Shown in pieces: positions 51,781 through 52,326 of a stretch of 52,326 nt of DNA. The notes beneath the pieces were generated by a model that was not told the origin of the DNA, made no database searches, and was given only the letters and a program-made list of their open reading frames with translations. Both the position numbers and the translations under genes were made by a program. The stretch's first letter is position 1. Each line of letters opens with the position of its first letter. The stretch comes from an uncultured Bacilli bacterium (lineage in GTDB: Bacteria > Bacillota_I > Bacilli_A > RF39 > UBA660): assembly GCA_947624515.1 (NCBI GenBank), contig CANQKN010000003.1:1-52326 (forward strand), in the 5' to 3' direction.

Positions 51781-51994
51781 TTGGATACGGAGTTTTAGTA
51801 TTTGTTCTTCCTATTATGTAATCTACCGAAGTATTATAAAAGCTTGCTAGTTTATCCAGTCTATCTATTGGCATTAGTCTAATTCCTAATTCATATTCAC
51901 TATATGCCTGTTGGGTAGTATTTAATAATTTAGCTATGTCTTTTTGATATAGATCATGATCTTCTCTTAAATCTTTTAGTCTTTTAATGTTCAT
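51773..51994 (-). CDS. XRE-family HTH regulator
   Basis: RLKDLREDHDLYQKDIAKLL...YSEYELG...SVDYIIGRT. Confidence 0.88.
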   Translation of the reverse strand: MNIKRLKDLREDHDLYQKDIAKLLNTTQQAYSEYELGIRLMPIDRLDKLASFYNTSVDYIIGRTNTKTPYPKK

Positions 51995-52326
51995 TTTATC
52001 ACACTCTTATCTTTATTTTCACATACATAAAAAATAGTGTATTGATTATACATAATATTTGTGTATAATATATCTGAAAGTAAACTTTGAAGGAGTGATT
52101 TTATGATTAAAAATAAGAAAAAGGAACCGTCCTAGGTAAATTATGTTTATCTATTATGGCTGAAAAACAGCCAACGGTTCCTTAATTAATGCCAATATAA
52201 CATAATCTAAAGATAAAGTCAAATTATCTACTATATATTCTATGAAAATATTGTAGTGTTACAATTGATGTGACACCAATTAATGTATACAAAAAGCGAT
52301 TGATCCAGTAAAATGTTAATTGAAAC

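Noticed and set aside
1-52326. Complete DGR cassette (reverse transcriptase, template repeat, avd)
   Set aside because: No ORF has RT motifs, and I saw no third, adenine-rich non-coding copy of the variable segment.
1-52326. Mycoplasma-type genetic code (TGA=Trp)
   Set aside because: Conserved genes translate fully with code 11, and dnaA ends at TGA at the expected length.

Overview
AT-rich chromosomal window spanning the replication origin of a low-GC Firmicute (Bacilli-like gene order, standard genetic code; a genome-reduced RF39-type lineage is plausible but inferred). Genes diverge from the rpmH/dnaA gap. The left arm runs rnpA-yidC-jag-mnmE-mnmG-rsmG-noc-soj-spo0J ... ychF ... rpsF-ssb-rpsR ... 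DHH-rplI-dnaB-M23-walJ-rlmH. The right arm runs dnaA-dnaN-comK-like-recF-gyrB-gyrA-ffs-tadA-dnaX-ybaB-recR-bofA-holB-yaaT-methyltransferase-rsmI-pth-mfd. DnaA boxes, three perfect parS sites, four Noc-binding sites, a minimal SRP RNA and a likely S6:S18 leader are visible. The standout is a four-gene accessory operon (9517-14971, minus) inserted between rpsR and the DHH gene. It has two tandem paralogs, each fusing a variable N-terminal DUF6273/C-type-lectin-like domain (apparently circularly permuted, with a hypervariable segment resembling a DGR variable region) to a near-identical MoxR-type AAA+ ATPase. These are followed by a degenerate AAA+ protein and a zincin-vWA protein. No reverse transcriptase or template repeat is visible in the window, so the DGR link and the function remain hypotheses. 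All counts and alignments were done by eye.
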